The position numbers were made by a program, and so were the translations under genes. The notes under the pieces are model-generated. The model saw only the letters and a program-made list of their open reading frames with translations. It was not told the DNA's origin and did not search any database. From Mytilus trossulus (lineage: Eukaryota): a stretch of 64,000 bases of DNA. Shown here piece after piece: positions 62,036-64,000 of the stretch (the stretch's first letter is position 1; each line of letters starts with the position of its first letter). The stretch lies in NCBI RefSeq assembly GCF_036588685.1, contig NC_086377.1, positions 45,942,001-46,006,000 of the forward strand. The letters run 5' to 3'.

Positions 62036-62664
62036 TTATAACACATAATGTCTAACTCGATCATATAAGGACAGTACATGATTACCACGTGTTACATGGT
62101 ATGTATGATAGATGGCATGTTTATTATTCAACATTGTCGGTACAACGTGTAGGAACACGAAAAACATGATTGACAAGAGACAAACGATGTGCATTTAGTA
62201 CTTACTTAATTGCCAATCTGCGACATAATCTCGTGATTCAAATTCTATGCTTAGTGTGTATATGCCGTCGGTTTCGCGTCAGTAATTTAATTGAAACCGC
62301 TTCACAATGGAAATCTAGATGTAAAAAGGGGGAGTGGTCGATTAATCCATTTCGGTAAATGAACATTAATTACGGCCACTGTAACATGTGTAATAAAGTA
62401 TTTAGTTTTGGCGATTTTGCCGACAAACTACCTGTACATTACAATTACATTATTTCTTTACTTTTTTAAGATCGAACGAAATACACCTTCAGAACATTCC
62501 TGCTATATGTTTGTATAAGAAAGGTAGACAGGGTTAGCTTTGAAATGATTTACTTTGATGCAGACTCACAATTATCATATGTTGACACAAACATGGTTTA
62601 AGCACAGTGATCAAACAGTCGATTCCTGCTTATATGTAGCTTAAATTAAGCTTGTTATAGTAAG

Positions 62665-62736
62665 TCCGATGTGGTCTAGTGGTTAGGATTTCTGGTTTTC
62701 ACCCAGACGGCCCGGGTTCGATTCCCGGCATCGGAG
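62665..62736 (+). tRNA. tRNA-Glu(TTC)
   Basis: Copy of 905-976. Confidence 0.96.
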
Positions 62737-63068
62737 CTTTAGTTTTTGGTCATCTTTATCACATTACTGTTGTTGTAATACATGCCATTAGGAAAGAAAA
62801 AGTTACAGATGAGAAGTGTATTTAGTTTAGACTTTTCCGACTTTCAACTGACATGATAGGAAATAGTTACATCATTTGGTATTCCTACATTTGTAAAAGG
62901 ACATTTTCAAAAAGACTGTAGTAGTTGTTTGAATGTTGTAACATATCACCACAATTAATTTCAAACAACGTCCATAATTGTTACGTATTGAAACTATAAA
63001 ACTGTGCTATCCTCACTCTACATTGCCAGTTGGTACTTTAGAAAGTGGCAAAGATAAGAAAAAAGAAA

Positions 63069-63139
63069 TGCATCGGCCGGGAATCGAACCCGGGCCGCCC
63101 GCGTGGCAGGCGAGCATTCTACCACTGAACCACCGATGC
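63069..63139 (-). tRNA. tRNA-Gly(GCC)
   Basis: Copy of 167-237. Confidence 0.96.
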
Positions 63140-63768
63140 TTATAACACATAATGTCTAACTCGATCATATAAGGACAGTACATGATTACCACGTGTTACA
63201 TGGTATGTATGATAGATGGCATGTTTATTATTCAACATTGTCGGTACAACGTGTAGGAACACGAAAAACATGATTGACAAGAGACAAACGATGTGCATTT
63301 AGTACTTACTTAATTGCCAATCTGCGACATAATCTCGTGATTCAAATTCTATGCTTAGTGTGTATATGCCGTCGGTTTCGCGTCAGTAATTTAATTGAAA
63401 CCGCTTCACAATGGAAATCTAGATGTAAAAAGGGGGAGTGGTCGATTAATCCATTTCGGTAAATGAACATTAATTACGGCCACTGTAACATGTGTAATAA
63501 AGTATTTAGTTTTGGCGATTTTGCCGACAAACTACCTGTACATTACAATTACATTATTTCTTTACTTTTTTAAGATCGAACGAAATACACCTTCAGAACA
63601 TTCCTGCTATATGTTTGTATAAGAAAGGTAGACAGGGTTAGCTTTGAAATGATTTACTTTGATGCAGACTCACAATTATCATATGTTGACACAAACATGG
63701 TTTAAGCACAGTGATCAAACAGTCGATTCCTGCTTATATGTAGCTTAAATTAAGCTTGTTATAGTAAG

Positions 63769-63840
63769 TCCGATGTGGTCTAGTGGTTAGGATTTCTGGT
63801 TTTCACCCAGACGGCCCGGGTTCGATTCCCGGCATCGGAG
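63769..63840 (+). tRNA. tRNA-Glu(TTC)
   Basis: Copy of 905-976. Confidence 0.96.
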
Positions 63841-64000
63841 CTTTAGTTTTTGGTCATCTTTATCACATTACTGTTGTTGTAATACATGCCATTAGGAAAG
63901 AAAAAGTTACAGATGAGAAGTGTATTTAGTTTAGACTTTTCCGACTTTCAACTGACATGATAGGAAATAGTTACATCATTTGGTATTCCTACATTTGTAA

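Larger units (their letters stand above)
49892..64000. repeat. tRNA Gly/Glu tandem array, spacer type D (1104-bp unit, ~12.8 units)
   Basis: Exact period 1104; same tRNA genes, spacers largely unalignable to A-C except short upstream motifs. Confidence 0.97.

Noticed and set aside
1315-63462. Repeated 62-106 aa ORFs (MPLSLRF..., MLACHAGG..., MSVMETT..., MIVSTYD..., MVRISGF..., MTRDKRC...)
   Set aside because: They lie in spacers or overlap tRNA genes, often use TTG/GTG starts, and are broken by indels or stops between blocks. Their recurrence only reflects the tandem repeat.
1-64000. CRISPR-like repeat-spacer array or tRNA-derived SINE interpretation
   Set aside because: Spacers are identical within blocks, there are no cas genes, and the repeats are complete tRNA cloverleaves with immediate terminators and no SINE body, tail or TSD.

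Overview
Eukaryotic (animal-like, AT-rich) DNA. Almost the whole window is a tandem tRNA gene array whose unit is a head-to-head pair of tRNA-Gly(GCC) on the minus strand and tRNA-Glu(TTC) on the plus strand. I count 41 Gly and 41 Glu loci; two Glu loci are 13-bp deletion pseudogenes. The array forms four homogenised blocks with the same tRNA genes but different spacers: A (1441 bp unit, 1-13523), then a 100-N scaffold gap, B (1425 bp), C (1470/1457 bp) and D (1104 bp, highly diverged spacers). Block C is interrupted by a young 9.4-kb Ty3/Gypsy LTR retrotransposon (36684-46076, minus strand) inserted 76 bp upstream of a tRNA-Glu gene. The element is unusual in three ways. (1) Its single intact 1581-aa ORF has zinc knuckle-PR-RT-RNaseH-IN but no recognisable capsid (Gag CA) region. 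(2) Its 5' end reads LTR + 18-nt copy of a tRNA 3' end + 302-bp partial LTR + shorter 12-nt PBS, which looks like a fixed aberrant reverse-transcription product. (3) It has no normal target-site duplication. The small repeated ORFs in the track are spurious.
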